Assembly: GCF_025370755.1 (NCBI RefSeq)
Contig: NZ_JAMXFC010000004.1
Coordinates: 209,505 to 257,867 of the forward strand
Source of the DNA: Laspinema sp. D2d
Lineage (GTDB): Bacteria > Cyanobacteriota > Cyanobacteriia > Cyanobacteriales > Laspinemataceae
DNA: 48,363 nucleotides
Direction of reading: 5' to 3'
Shown here: positions 40,545-48,363 of the stretch, piece by piece
Layout of the letters: each line of letters opens with the position of its first letter
How positions within the stretch are numbered: the stretch's first letter is position 1
The notes under the pieces: model-generated
Seen by the model: only the letters and a program-made list of their open reading frames with translations
The model's database searches: none
Told to the model about the DNA's origin: nothing
Position numbers and translations under genes: made by a program

Positions 40545-42212
40545 TTGCGTGGCAGTGGGAAGGAGAGAAGTCAAATGATTAAACAGAAATCACGAATCAA
40601 AGGGTCAATGAATATGGCACAAGAGCCTGTTTCTCCAGTGGTGCTAGTAATTTTAGATGGTTGGGGAGTCAGCGAATTAACCACAGGAAATGCTATTGCT
40701 GCTGCCAAAACACCCGTGATGGACAGCCTTCGGGCCGCCTATCCGAATACAACCATTCGCACATCCGGGAAAGCAGTAGGACTGCCGGAAGGTCAAATGG
40801 GCAATTCTGAAGTCGGTCACATGAATATCGGTGCCGGTCGAATTGTCAAACAAGAACTCCTGCGGATCACCGATGCGGTGGAAGATGGCTCCATCCTGCA
40901 TAACCCGGCACTGGTTAAAGTTTGCCAAGACATTAAAGAAAGCGGCGGAAAACTCCACCTCATGGGGCTTTGCTCCGAGGGAGGAGTGCATTCCCACCAA
41001 AATCATTTAATTGGACTACTCAGCCTCGCTAAAGCCCAAGGGCTGACCAACGTTTGTATTCACGCCATCACCGATGGCCGGGATACCTCTCCCAGAGATG
41101 GAGCAGAAGCCCTGGGAAAAATCGAAGCCGCAGCCCAGGAAATCGGCGTGGGTCGCATCGTGACCCTCAGTGGTCGATATTATGCAATGGATCGCGATAA
41201 CCGCTGGAATCGGGTAGAAATGGCCTATAAAGTCATGACCACCGATGGACCCGGTGACGGTCGTTCGGTCATCGAACACTTAAAAGAGTCTTACACCCAG
41301 GACCTCACCGATGAATTTGTCCTGCCGGTTCGGATTGCACCAGGAGCCGTAGAATCGGGAGATGGGGTGATCTTCTTTAACTTCCGGCCCGATCGCTCCA
41401 GACAACTGACCAGCGCCTTTGTAGACCCGAATTTTCAAGGATTTGAGCGGGAGAAAATTGAATCCCTCTCCTTTGCCACCTTTACCCAATACGATTCAGA
41501 ACTGCCCGTGTTGGTGGCTTTTGAACCCCAAAACCTCAGCAATATTTTCGGCGAAGTCGTCTCCAATCACGGTTTGCGGCAGTTGAGAGCAGCAGAAACG
41601 GAAAAGTATGCTCATGTCACCTATTTCTTTAACGGCGGTTTAGAGGAACCTTTTGAGGGCGAGGACCGGGAATTAGTCCAGTCGCCGATGGTGGCAACCT
41701 ACGACAAGGCCCCGGAAATGTCTGCGGAGGCTGTCACCGATGTGGTGGTTGCTGCGGTGAAAAAACGGATTTACTCCCTGGTGGTGGTGAACTATGCTAA
41801 CCCGGATATGGTGGGTCATACGGGAAATATTGAGGCTACTATTACCGCCATTGAAACCGTAGACCGCTGTTTGGGGCGCTTGCTGGATGCGATCGGGCGA
41901 GCTGGCGGCACTACTTTAATCATCGCCGATCATGGCAATGCCGAATATATGATCGATGAAGAAGGCAACCCCTGGACTGCTCACACCACCAATCCAGTCC
42001 CCTTAATTCTCGTCGAAGGCGAAGGGCGGAAAATTCCCGGACATGGCACTGAAGTCAAACTAAGAACGGATGCCTGTTTAGCCGATATTGCTCCCACTCT
42101 GCTGGAAATTTTACAACTGCCTCAACCCGAGGAAATGACGGGACGTTCTGCTATTGAATCTCCCGTTTTTAACCTACAGTCCTCACTCGAACCCCTGCGA
42201 ATTCCGGTCTAG
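40545..42212 (+). CDS. gpmI: 2,3-bisphosphoglycerate-independent phosphoglycerate mutase
   Basis: VVLVILDGWG, SEVGHMNIGAGR, ADHGNAE and full-length iPGM colinearity. The real start is likely at MNMAQEP (about 40611), leaving a roughly 22-codon spurious extension. Confidence 0.95.
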   Translation: MRGSGKERSQMIKQKSRIKGSMNMAQEPVSPVVLVILDGWGVSELTTGNAIAAAKTPVMDSLRAAYPNTTIRTSGKAVGLPEGQMGNSEVGHMNIGAGRIVKQELLRITDAVEDGSILHNPALVKVCQDIKESGGKLHLMGLCSEGGVHSHQNHLIGLLSLAKAQGLTNVCIHAITDGRDTSPRDGAEALGKIEAAAQEIGVGRIVTLSGRYYAMDRDNRWNRVEMAYKVMTTDGPGDGRSVIEHLKESYTQDLTDEFVLPVRIAPGAVESGDGVIFFNFRPDRSRQLTSAFVDPNFQGFEREKIESLSFATFTQYDSELPVLVAFEPQNLSNIFGEVVSNHGLRQLRAAETEKYAHVTYFFNGGLEEPFEGEDRELVQSPMVATYDKAPEMSAEAVTDVVVAAVKKRIYSLVVVNYANPDMVGHTGNIEATITAIETVDRCLGRLLDAIGRAGGTTLIIADHGNAEYMIDEEGNPWTAHTTNPVPLILVEGEGRKIPGHGTEVKLRTDACLADIAPTLLEILQLPQPEEMTGRSAIESPVFNLQSSLEPLRIPV

Positions 42213-42238
42213 GAAGCTCAGGGTCTGACATGGAGGTT

Positions 42239-42285
42239 TGTTCAAAGTCATTTTTTAATGGGAAATTGACAAATGACCTTGAACA
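42239..42285. repeat. 15-bp near-perfect inverted repeat (TGTTCAAAGTCATTT / AAATGACCTTGAACA) in the gpmI-secG spacer
   Basis: Read directly: 14 of 15 complementary bases with a 17-nt loop. Confidence 0.6.
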
Positions 42286-42342
42286 AATCAGAGTAAATTA
42301 AAGAAGCACTCAATTTCACTGATTTAGCCAGGTATCGCTGTC

Positions 42343-42576
42343 ATGAATATCTCAACGCTCGTCGAACTCATTTGGTTATTTTCTGCCATCAGTTTAATTA
42401 TTTTAGTCCTACTCCACAGCCCAAAAGGAGATGGAATTGGCGGGATTGGAGGACAAGCTCAACTGTTTACCAGCGCTAAAAGTGCAGAAACAACCCTTAA
42501 TCGGATCACTTGGGCATTGACGATTATTTTTATGGGCCTAACGGTGATTTTAAGTGCCGGATGGCTTGCTCCTTAA
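42343..42576 (+). CDS. secG: Preprotein translocase subunit SecG
   Basis: Two TM helices flanking the Gly-rich LLHSPKGDGIGGIGG motif typical of SecG. Confidence 0.9.
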   Translation: MNISTLVELIWLFSAISLIILVLLHSPKGDGIGGIGGQAQLFTSAKSAETTLNRITWALTIIFMGLTVILSAGWLAP

Positions 42577-42612
42577 ACCGCGATCGCCCCTTGAACAATT
42601 CACTCCAATTTA

Positions 42613-42646
42613 ACCCGGTTTCCCCTCAGAAGCCGGGTAATTTTTC
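42613..42646 (+). terminator. Putative secG terminator (ACCCGG-loop-CCGGGT-AATTTTT)
   Basis: Hairpin plus a U-run 37 nt after the stop. Confidence 0.5.
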
Positions 42647-43000
42647 ACGGATTTTCTATCGCTTCTGATAGCTCTGTAAAAACCCGCACCCTGAAGGGTG
42701 GGGCTATACGGACAAAGCCCGCGCAGGGGGGCTATAGAGCGAAAACGAACTTTTTTTAACCGGATTTTATATAGGATTTATCAATCTAGTGCGGTCCAGT
42801 TTTCGGGTCAAAGTCCCCCTTGACAAGGGGGATTTAGGGGGATCGTTCAGAGTTCAGGCGATCGCAAACCGCTATATCCCGACTATAGTCATGCTCTTTC
42901 CGAGTTTATAGTAATAACTTAAGTCTTTATTTTCCAGCGTTTGTAGTAACAACTTTATTGTTTATAAACCCTAATTTTTAATAACAACATCTTTCACCTG

Positions 43001-44392
43001 TTGTTACTCCTCATGTCATCCATGAAATTGTTAAAACCGAGTCTAGGCAATGCTCAAACTGTAACAGAACCGATCGCCATTGGACGTGCTGTGCTGCAAT
43101 TAGCCACCCCGGCGATCGCCCAACTGCTTCTCCAAGCCTTGGTGTTTCTCGCCGATCGCGCTATGTTGGGTCACTATAGCAGCATCGCCTTAGCCTCGAT
43201 GCGAATTAGTGGACCCTTGCATTGGTGTCTCTATAGCACCCTTTCCGCCTTCTCCGTAGGCACGATCGCCCTCGTGGGACGTGCTGTGGGTGCCCAAAAT
43301 AAATCCCTCAGTACCGCCACCCTGCGCGCCAGTCTAATGCTGGCATTAGGGACGGGACTGGCGATCGCCCTCGGTAGCACTGTCGGTTTAAATCCCTTAT
43401 TGGCATATCTTCCCTTCGGAACCCCGGAAGTCCAACAAGCTGCCTACGATTACCTCCGGATTATCTTGCTGGGAATGCCTCTGCAATTGCTCTCCATTGT
43501 TGCAGCAGCAGCATTGCAAGCTTCAGGGAATACTCAAATCCCCTTGTTTGTGGGACTGGTTGCCAATGCGGTGAATATTCTCCTCAATTACTGCCTGATT
43601 TTTGGCAATTGGGGTGCACTCAACCTGGGAATAGCCGGTGCAGCGATCGCCAGTGTGACAGCAATGGCAATTAATACGGTGATTTTAGGGATAATTTTGT
43701 ATCGGGGGACTCCGCGCTTAACCTTACGCGATCGCGGGGGGGAACTCCAAGCCTTGCGCCGATTATTCCGCGTTTCAGTACCCACGTTCAATGAACGCCT
43801 GTTTCGGAGTTTAGGCTATCTGGGGTTTAGTGCAGCGATCGCCACCTTGGGAACAGAAGCAATGGCAGCTTATGAGATTACCTTGGGAATTGAGGAAATT
43901 TGCTACTACATTGCCGAAGGATTTGGCATTGCCACAGCGGCGATCGTTGCCCAACAATTAGGAGCAAATCGACCGGATCAAGCCACCAGTAGCAGCATTA
44001 TTGCCACCGGATTAGCGGTTTGCTGTTTGAGTCTGGGTAGCCTGTTATTTTTGGGAATTCCCGAGGTATTGTTGGGGATTTTTTCCAAAGATACGGAGAT
44101 TATTGCGGCGGCGGTGCCTTGTTTATATATAGCGGCAGTGGCGCAACCGTTTATGGCAATGAGTATGGCGATCGAGCAAGCACTACGGGGTGCTGGAAAT
44201 ACGAAAACCGCTTTTTATGTCTCGGCGATCGGATGGTTTGGGGTGCGATTATTTGCCACCTATATTTTTGCGTTTGTGTTGAATTGGGGATTAGTAGGGG
44301 TGTGGATCGGTTCTACCTGTGATTGGATGATCCGGGCGTTGATCTTGGCGATCGTGTTTTGGCGCGGTAATTGGCGTGAGGTTATAGTCTAG
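43001..44392 (+). CDS. MATE family efflux transporter (NorM/DinF-like)
   Basis: 12 TM with internal duplication. Typical MATE motifs (PxxxQ in TM1; GLVANAVNILLNY; AQPFMAMSMAIEQALRGAGNT). Confidence 0.9.
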   Translation: MLLLMSSMKLLKPSLGNAQTVTEPIAIGRAVLQLATPAIAQLLLQALVFLADRAMLGHYSSIALASMRISGPLHWCLYSTLSAFSVGTIALVGRAVGAQNKSLSTATLRASLMLALGTGLAIALGSTVGLNPLLAYLPFGTPEVQQAAYDYLRIILLGMPLQLLSIVAAAALQASGNTQIPLFVGLVANAVNILLNYCLIFGNWGALNLGIAGAAIASVTAMAINTVILGIILYRGTPRLTLRDRGGELQALRRLFRVSVPTFNERLFRSLGYLGFSAAIATLGTEAMAAYEITLGIEEICYYIAEGFGIATAAIVAQQLGANRPDQATSSSIIATGLAVCCLSLGSLLFLGIPEVLLGIFSKDTEIIAAAVPCLYIAAVAQPFMAMSMAIEQALRGAGNTKTAFYVSAIGWFGVRLFATYIFAFVLNWGLVGVWIGSTCDWMIRALILAIVFWRGNWREVIV

Positions 44393-44465
44393 GGAAAGCA
44401 TCCGGGCGATCGCCGCGATCGATTTCTGGCAGTCAAAGGAGGTAACCCGAGGCGGCATAATAGAA

Positions 44466-44981
44466 ATGAGCCTCTGCTCGTCCACCTTCAGTGCTTTGAG
44501 CGCAGCTTTTATGGATAGATCCTCGATAGAACCGTTACTGGAAGACCTGAAAAACCCAACGGAGAAAGTCCGCGATCGCGCCACTCAAGAGCTTTGGCGA
44601 ATCTGGTTCCATCAAAAAGGCGTCTATGGGTTGGACTTTCTCCAGCGTGCTCAAGTGCTGCTGGATCGGGGTAATTTGAAAGAGGCAGAGGCGGTTCTCA
44701 CGGAACTGATTCAAGATCAGCCGGATTTTGCCGAAGCTTGGAATCGACGGGCGGTTCTGTATTACAGTATGGGGGACTATTACAAAGCCATAGAGGATTG
44801 CCGGGTGGCGATCGAACTCAATCCGGTTCATTTTGGCGCGCTACATGGACTGGGATTATGTTATGCCACCCTAGGAAAGTACCGCGACGCGATTCAGGCA
44901 TTCCAACAAGCCCTCGCTATTCAGCCTTTTGCTTTAATTAATCAACGCTTAATCCTAGAATGTACAGCCCGATTGAGCTAG
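44466..44981 (+). CDS. Small TPR-repeat protein
   Basis: Three TPR units (AWNRRAVLYYSMGDYYKAIEDCRVAIELNP; ALHGLGLCYATLGKYRDAIQAFQQALAIQP). Confidence 0.7.
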   Translation: MSLCSSTFSALSAAFMDRSSIEPLLEDLKNPTEKVRDRATQELWRIWFHQKGVYGLDFLQRAQVLLDRGNLKEAEAVLTELIQDQPDFAEAWNRRAVLYYSMGDYYKAIEDCRVAIELNPVHFGALHGLGLCYATLGKYRDAIQAFQQALAIQPFALINQRLILECTARLS

Positions 44982-45022
44982 GGTCATGAGTCATCCGTCC
45001 TGGGCCGCTTTAATCTTGACCT

Positions 45023-45052
45023 CAAAAAAAAACTACACGATTTGCGTGTAGT
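45023..45052 (-). terminator. Minus-strand terminator (CTACACG-CAAAT-CGTGTAG + T9) downstream of the 66-aa ORF
   Basis: The plus strand shows an A9 run then the hairpin, so it reads as hairpin plus T9 on the minus strand. Confidence 0.7.
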
Positions 45053-45214
45053 TAGAACCCAAATATCTCACTAAATTGTTAATTTAACAAGGGATTTAAA
45101 GTTGAATTGATGAGTGAATTTAATGTTTGAATCGAGAGATAAAGACGGTCAGTGTTTAAATTTTGAGTCGCTTTTAGAAAGTATCCGAGAAGGAACGGGA
45201 AAAGACTAGGGAGA

Positions 45215-45415
45215 TTACTCGGTGACTTTAATCCATCCCCGGCGCACGGCGTGCAGCAGACGGTCGATCGCCGCATAGTCTTCACAATTGAGGGTATTTT
45301 CTAAAAGGGCAGCCATTAAACCTTCCCGTTCGGTGATGGTAAGGAAACCGGCGTTCCAGGCTTGACCGAAGACTTCAGCAATCAGAGAGGTGGAGTAAAG
45401 GGTGGGTACTTGCAT
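45215..45415 (-). CDS. Small hypothetical protein (66 aa)
   Basis: ATG start and balanced composition. Its own terminator (45023-45052) lies downstream, which supports it as a real gene. Confidence 0.5.
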   Translation of the reverse strand: MQVPTLYSTSLIAEVFGQAWNAGFLTITEREGLMAALLENTLNCEDYAAIDRLLHAVRRGWIKVTE

Positions 45416-45966
45416 AGGGAGGTGTGGTTGAACTCTACCCTTTTAATATCTCCTGAAACTCAAGCTTTTACAGCGATCGCAAGGGTGGGTAACTCGTGAT
45501 ACTTATCAAAACGCGGGGTGATTTCAAGCCTCGGGTAATAGAGGAGCGGATCAGCTTATAGCTGTGATATGCATCACCGGAAACCGGAAAGCAGCCCCCT
45601 GACGAGGCCCAGTCATCCTCCCCTAGAGGCTAAACAGTGGGAAAGGGTTTAAATTTTCAAGGGAGTCAATTCCAGGAAAAGATCTGGATAAACCCACTGC
45701 CCCGTTGTATTGCTAATCCAGACGAGAAGGCTACGGAACCTGGAAAATTGAGATTGCCACAGAAAATCACTAGATTTTATGGGCGATCGCCTTAGCAGCC
45801 ACTGGGGAACGATAAGCAAAGCCTGGAACTGCTGCAAAGTCGGTTCGGTCAGCATCTCGAAGCCCTCCAAATTTAGAGTAGAACCCGGGATGATGGAATT
45901 CCCAATCTACGCTAACGTTATTAAGATTGTTGATGCAACGCGGGGTATCCAACGGGATAGATAAAG

Positions 45967-47697
45967 ATGAAATTGATGCGCTTAGTATTCCGAATTTTCC
46001 AGCAAAGACAACCGAAGCGCCGCATGGGTGCAGGCCAGTTATCAAACGACCTGTGGTCCCTATATCGGCGCATCGTGCGTACTTTTTTCACGGGAAATCC
46101 ACTCAAAATCCAGTTTGTAGTCTGGGGTTGTTTACTCTTGTTATTGCTCAACGTTCCGCCGGGGACCGCGCAGTATCCGCGCCCGGTGATGCCGCCTGCG
46201 GTTGCGCCCCCCACTGCAGTCCCTGCACCCATCAACAACCCTGGAGTTGAGCGGAACTCCCCTGAAATGACCCAACTCCAATTTCCACTCCAAGGCGATG
46301 ATCGGGTTCAAAAACTCGTCAGCATCGGCCATCAGCACGAATTTCGAGGGGTCTGGGTAGCCTCGGTGGCTAACATTGATTGGCCCTCGGCTAGTAATCT
46401 TTCCGTAGACGAGCAAAAAGCGGAATTGGTGAAGATCCTGGACCAGATGCAATCTTTAAATTTGAATGCCCTGGTCCTCCAAATTCGCCCCAATGGAGAT
46501 GCTTTTTATGCGTCGCAAATTGAACCTTGGAGTGGATGGCTGACGGGAACTCAGGGACAAGCGCCCCAACCTTTTTATGACCCCCTAGAGTTTGCGATCG
46601 CTGAAAGTCATAAGCGCAATATCGAGCTTCATGCTTGGTTTAACCCCTACCGCGCTAAAATGCCGGGGGAAAAATATGGCCTGAGTTCCAACCACATGGC
46701 CTCCATGTATCCCCAATATGCCTATCAATATGGGGATTTACTCTGGATGGACCCCGGAGCTAAAGAAGTCCAAGACCGGGCTTATGATGTGATTATGGAT
46801 GTGGTCCGTCGTTATGATGTCGATGGCATTCATATTGATGACTATTTCTACCCCTATCCCCAAGAAGGGGTGCGCTTCCCTGATAACGCCACTTATGCTG
46901 CCTATCAAAACAGTGGCGGAACTCTTGCACTCGCGGATTGGCGCAGAAAAAACGTCAACGATGCGATCGAACGGATTTGGAATGGGATTAAAACTGAAAA
47001 ACCCTACGTTAAATTTGGGATTAGTCCCTTTGGCATTTATCGTCCGGGAAAAGTCCAGGGAATTGTTGGGTTTGACCAATATGATGGACTTTATGCCGAC
47101 GTTAAAAAATGGCTAGATGAAGGGTGGCTGGATTATCTAGCGCCTCAACTCTATTGGCGGATTGACCCACCGCAACAAAGCTATCCGGTTTTATTAAACT
47201 GGTGGAGTCAAAATAATCCCCTGCGTCGTCATATTTATGCCGGAAATTATCTGAGCAAACTCGATGGCAATGGTTGGCCGATTTCTGAGTTTGAAAGACA
47301 GGTAGAAATTTCTCGCCAAGCAGTGGATCAACTATCCCTGGGTAATATTTTCTTTAGCATGAAAGTGTTTAAGGAAAATTGGCTGGGAATCAATGAGCGT
47401 TTTAGAGCAGCCGTCTATCCGTCTCAGGCGCTGCCTCCGACGATGCCTTGGTTAGATGCAATTCCTCCAGCAGCGCCAACAGGTGTCCGTGCCAATGATA
47501 ATGCGATCGCCTGGGATGCGGCTAATAATGATGTTCGCTACTGGACGGTTTATCGTCAAAATGGCAATCAATGGCAATTGGTCAAAGTTCTGAATTCCGG
47601 TGCCAATTCCATCACCGGATTGCAACCCGGAAGCTATGCCGTTTGTAGCGTAGACCGCATGGCGAATGAAAGCCCCGGTGTTGTCGTTTCTCTATAA
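45967..47697 (+). CDS. GHL10 (glycoside hydrolase-like family 10) protein, paralog 3, with a Pro-rich linker and C-terminal beta-domain
   Basis: FRGVWVASVANIDWPS...LNALVLQIRPNGDAFY...HAWFNPYRA...GIHIDDYFYPYP blocks. Internal hydrophobic segment FVVWGCLLLLLLNVP suggests a signal/anchor and a later true start. Confidence 0.8.
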   Translation: MKLMRLVFRIFQQRQPKRRMGAGQLSNDLWSLYRRIVRTFFTGNPLKIQFVVWGCLLLLLLNVPPGTAQYPRPVMPPAVAPPTAVPAPINNPGVERNSPEMTQLQFPLQGDDRVQKLVSIGHQHEFRGVWVASVANIDWPSASNLSVDEQKAELVKILDQMQSLNLNALVLQIRPNGDAFYASQIEPWSGWLTGTQGQAPQPFYDPLEFAIAESHKRNIELHAWFNPYRAKMPGEKYGLSSNHMASMYPQYAYQYGDLLWMDPGAKEVQDRAYDVIMDVVRRYDVDGIHIDDYFYPYPQEGVRFPDNATYAAYQNSGGTLALADWRRKNVNDAIERIWNGIKTEKPYVKFGISPFGIYRPGKVQGIVGFDQYDGLYADVKKWLDEGWLDYLAPQLYWRIDPPQQSYPVLLNWWSQNNPLRRHIYAGNYLSKLDGNGWPISEFERQVEISRQAVDQLSLGNIFFSMKVFKENWLGINERFRAAVYPSQALPPTMPWLDAIPPAAPTGVRANDNAIAWDAANNDVRYWTVYRQNGNQWQLVKVLNSGANSITGLQPGSYAVCSVDRMANESPGVVVSL

Positions 47698-47840
47698 CTT
47701 TAAATCGGATTAAATTAGCCTCCCATCCTCAGAGATGGAGCTATCAAAAAAAGGCCCCCTTGTAGGGGCTTTTTTTATTGTTCGTAGTGACGACTTCTGT
47801 CGTTTCTTCTATCCCGCCGTAAAATTATGCAGTAAAATTT

Positions 47841-48242
47841 TTATAATGTTTTGACCGTCAAGACTTGAGGCGGGACTGAATCCGGAGGATAGAGGAAATC
47901 TACCTGAACCGATCGCACCTCATTCGGGGCTAAATTTAAGGTAACTAAGGGGTCGAGAATTTGTCCTCGACGATGCCATAAATGCAGGTAACGGGTGATA
48001 GCTTCTCCATTATCATCAGTATATCGTAAGCGGACTGTTGAGCGGAAAAAAGGATAATCCCAAGGGGGTTGACGAAAGATTAATCCGCCTTTAGATAAGC
48101 GTTCTTCTTTCATTGGAGTTTCGAGAGTAACTGCCACTTGTTGCGGGCGATCGCTCTCGTTTCGCAGGGGTAAAGTTAAATCATAATGTACCCCATAATT
48201 CGCATGGGATTCATAGGCTGTATCCGGATAGCGAACTAACAA
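47841..48242 (-). CDS. Hypothetical protein (TTG start as listed). May be the 3' part of a longer or frameshifted gene running off the window end.
   Basis: 133-codon ORF. A second minus-strand frame is open from the window edge down to 48211 and overlaps the start region. Confidence 0.45.
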   Translation of the reverse strand: MLVRYPDTAYESHANYGVHYDLTLPLRNESDRPQQVAVTLETPMKEERLSKGGLIFRQPPWDYPFFRSTVRLRYTDDNGEAITRYLHLWHRRGQILDPLVTLNLAPNEVRSVQVDFLYPPDSVPPQVLTVKTL

Positions 48243-48363
48243 TTTTGCCGCTTGACTTTGACCTGTTCCTAATGTACCAGCCCGTAAGGGATAGAGTCGA
48301 GGGGAATGTTACCATTCCACCCCTCTCTTCCGAAACCGTGCGTGCGATTTTCACCGCACACGG

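Noticed and set aside
1-48363. CRISPR arrays, cas genes, IS transposases, integrases, restriction-modification or other known defence genes
   Set aside because: No regularly spaced direct repeats with unique spacers were seen, and no ORF shows transposase, integrase, nuclease or methylase motifs.

Overview
This 48.4-kb window looks cyanobacterial: the HIP1 octamer GCGATCGC occurs many dozens of times. Most of it is core genome with several accessory-looking pockets. From left to right: two adjacent hybrid sensor histidine kinases (the first cut off at the window edge); a convergent cytosine-deaminase-type amidohydrolase; a DMT-like permease; a pentapeptide-repeat protein; a TPR protein; a DUF4278 protein; a secreted duplicated-domain protein; smpB; rpsU; a GAF-GGDEF-EAL c-di-GMP enzyme; a markedly low-GC acyltransferase-3 gene; three scattered paralogs of the GHL10 glycoside-hydrolase-like family; a glycosyltransferase C-terminal remnant; tRNA-Ser(GCU). 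Next comes a cell-envelope cluster: two paralogous secreted beta-rich proteins, a class-A beta-lactamase-like serine hydrolase and an SH3b-NlpC/P60 peptidase. After it: an MFS transporter; tRNA-Arg(ACG); moaC; a translationally coupled small-protein pair; a SixA-like phosphatase; citrate synthase; the ndhA-ndhI-ndhG-ndhE operon; NAD kinase; a 1.5-kb gene-free region with an orphan terminator; a small GHKL-ATPase-like protein; psb27; gpmI; secG; a MATE efflux pump; a small TPR protein. I found no CRISPR array, intact IS element or recognisable defence gene. The most unusual items: (a) two long gene-free tracts (13372-14375 and 35417-36996) that probably carry unannotated RNAs; (b) the 21084-25137 envelope-remodelling cluster, with an in-frame 177-nt tandem duplication in one gene; (c) the triplicated GHL10 family; (d) a low-GC island bordered by a gene remnant and a tRNA; (e) several short repeat/hairpin elements. 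I saw no clear evidence of a wholly new multi-gene system, and the candidates above are flagged with moderate confidence only.
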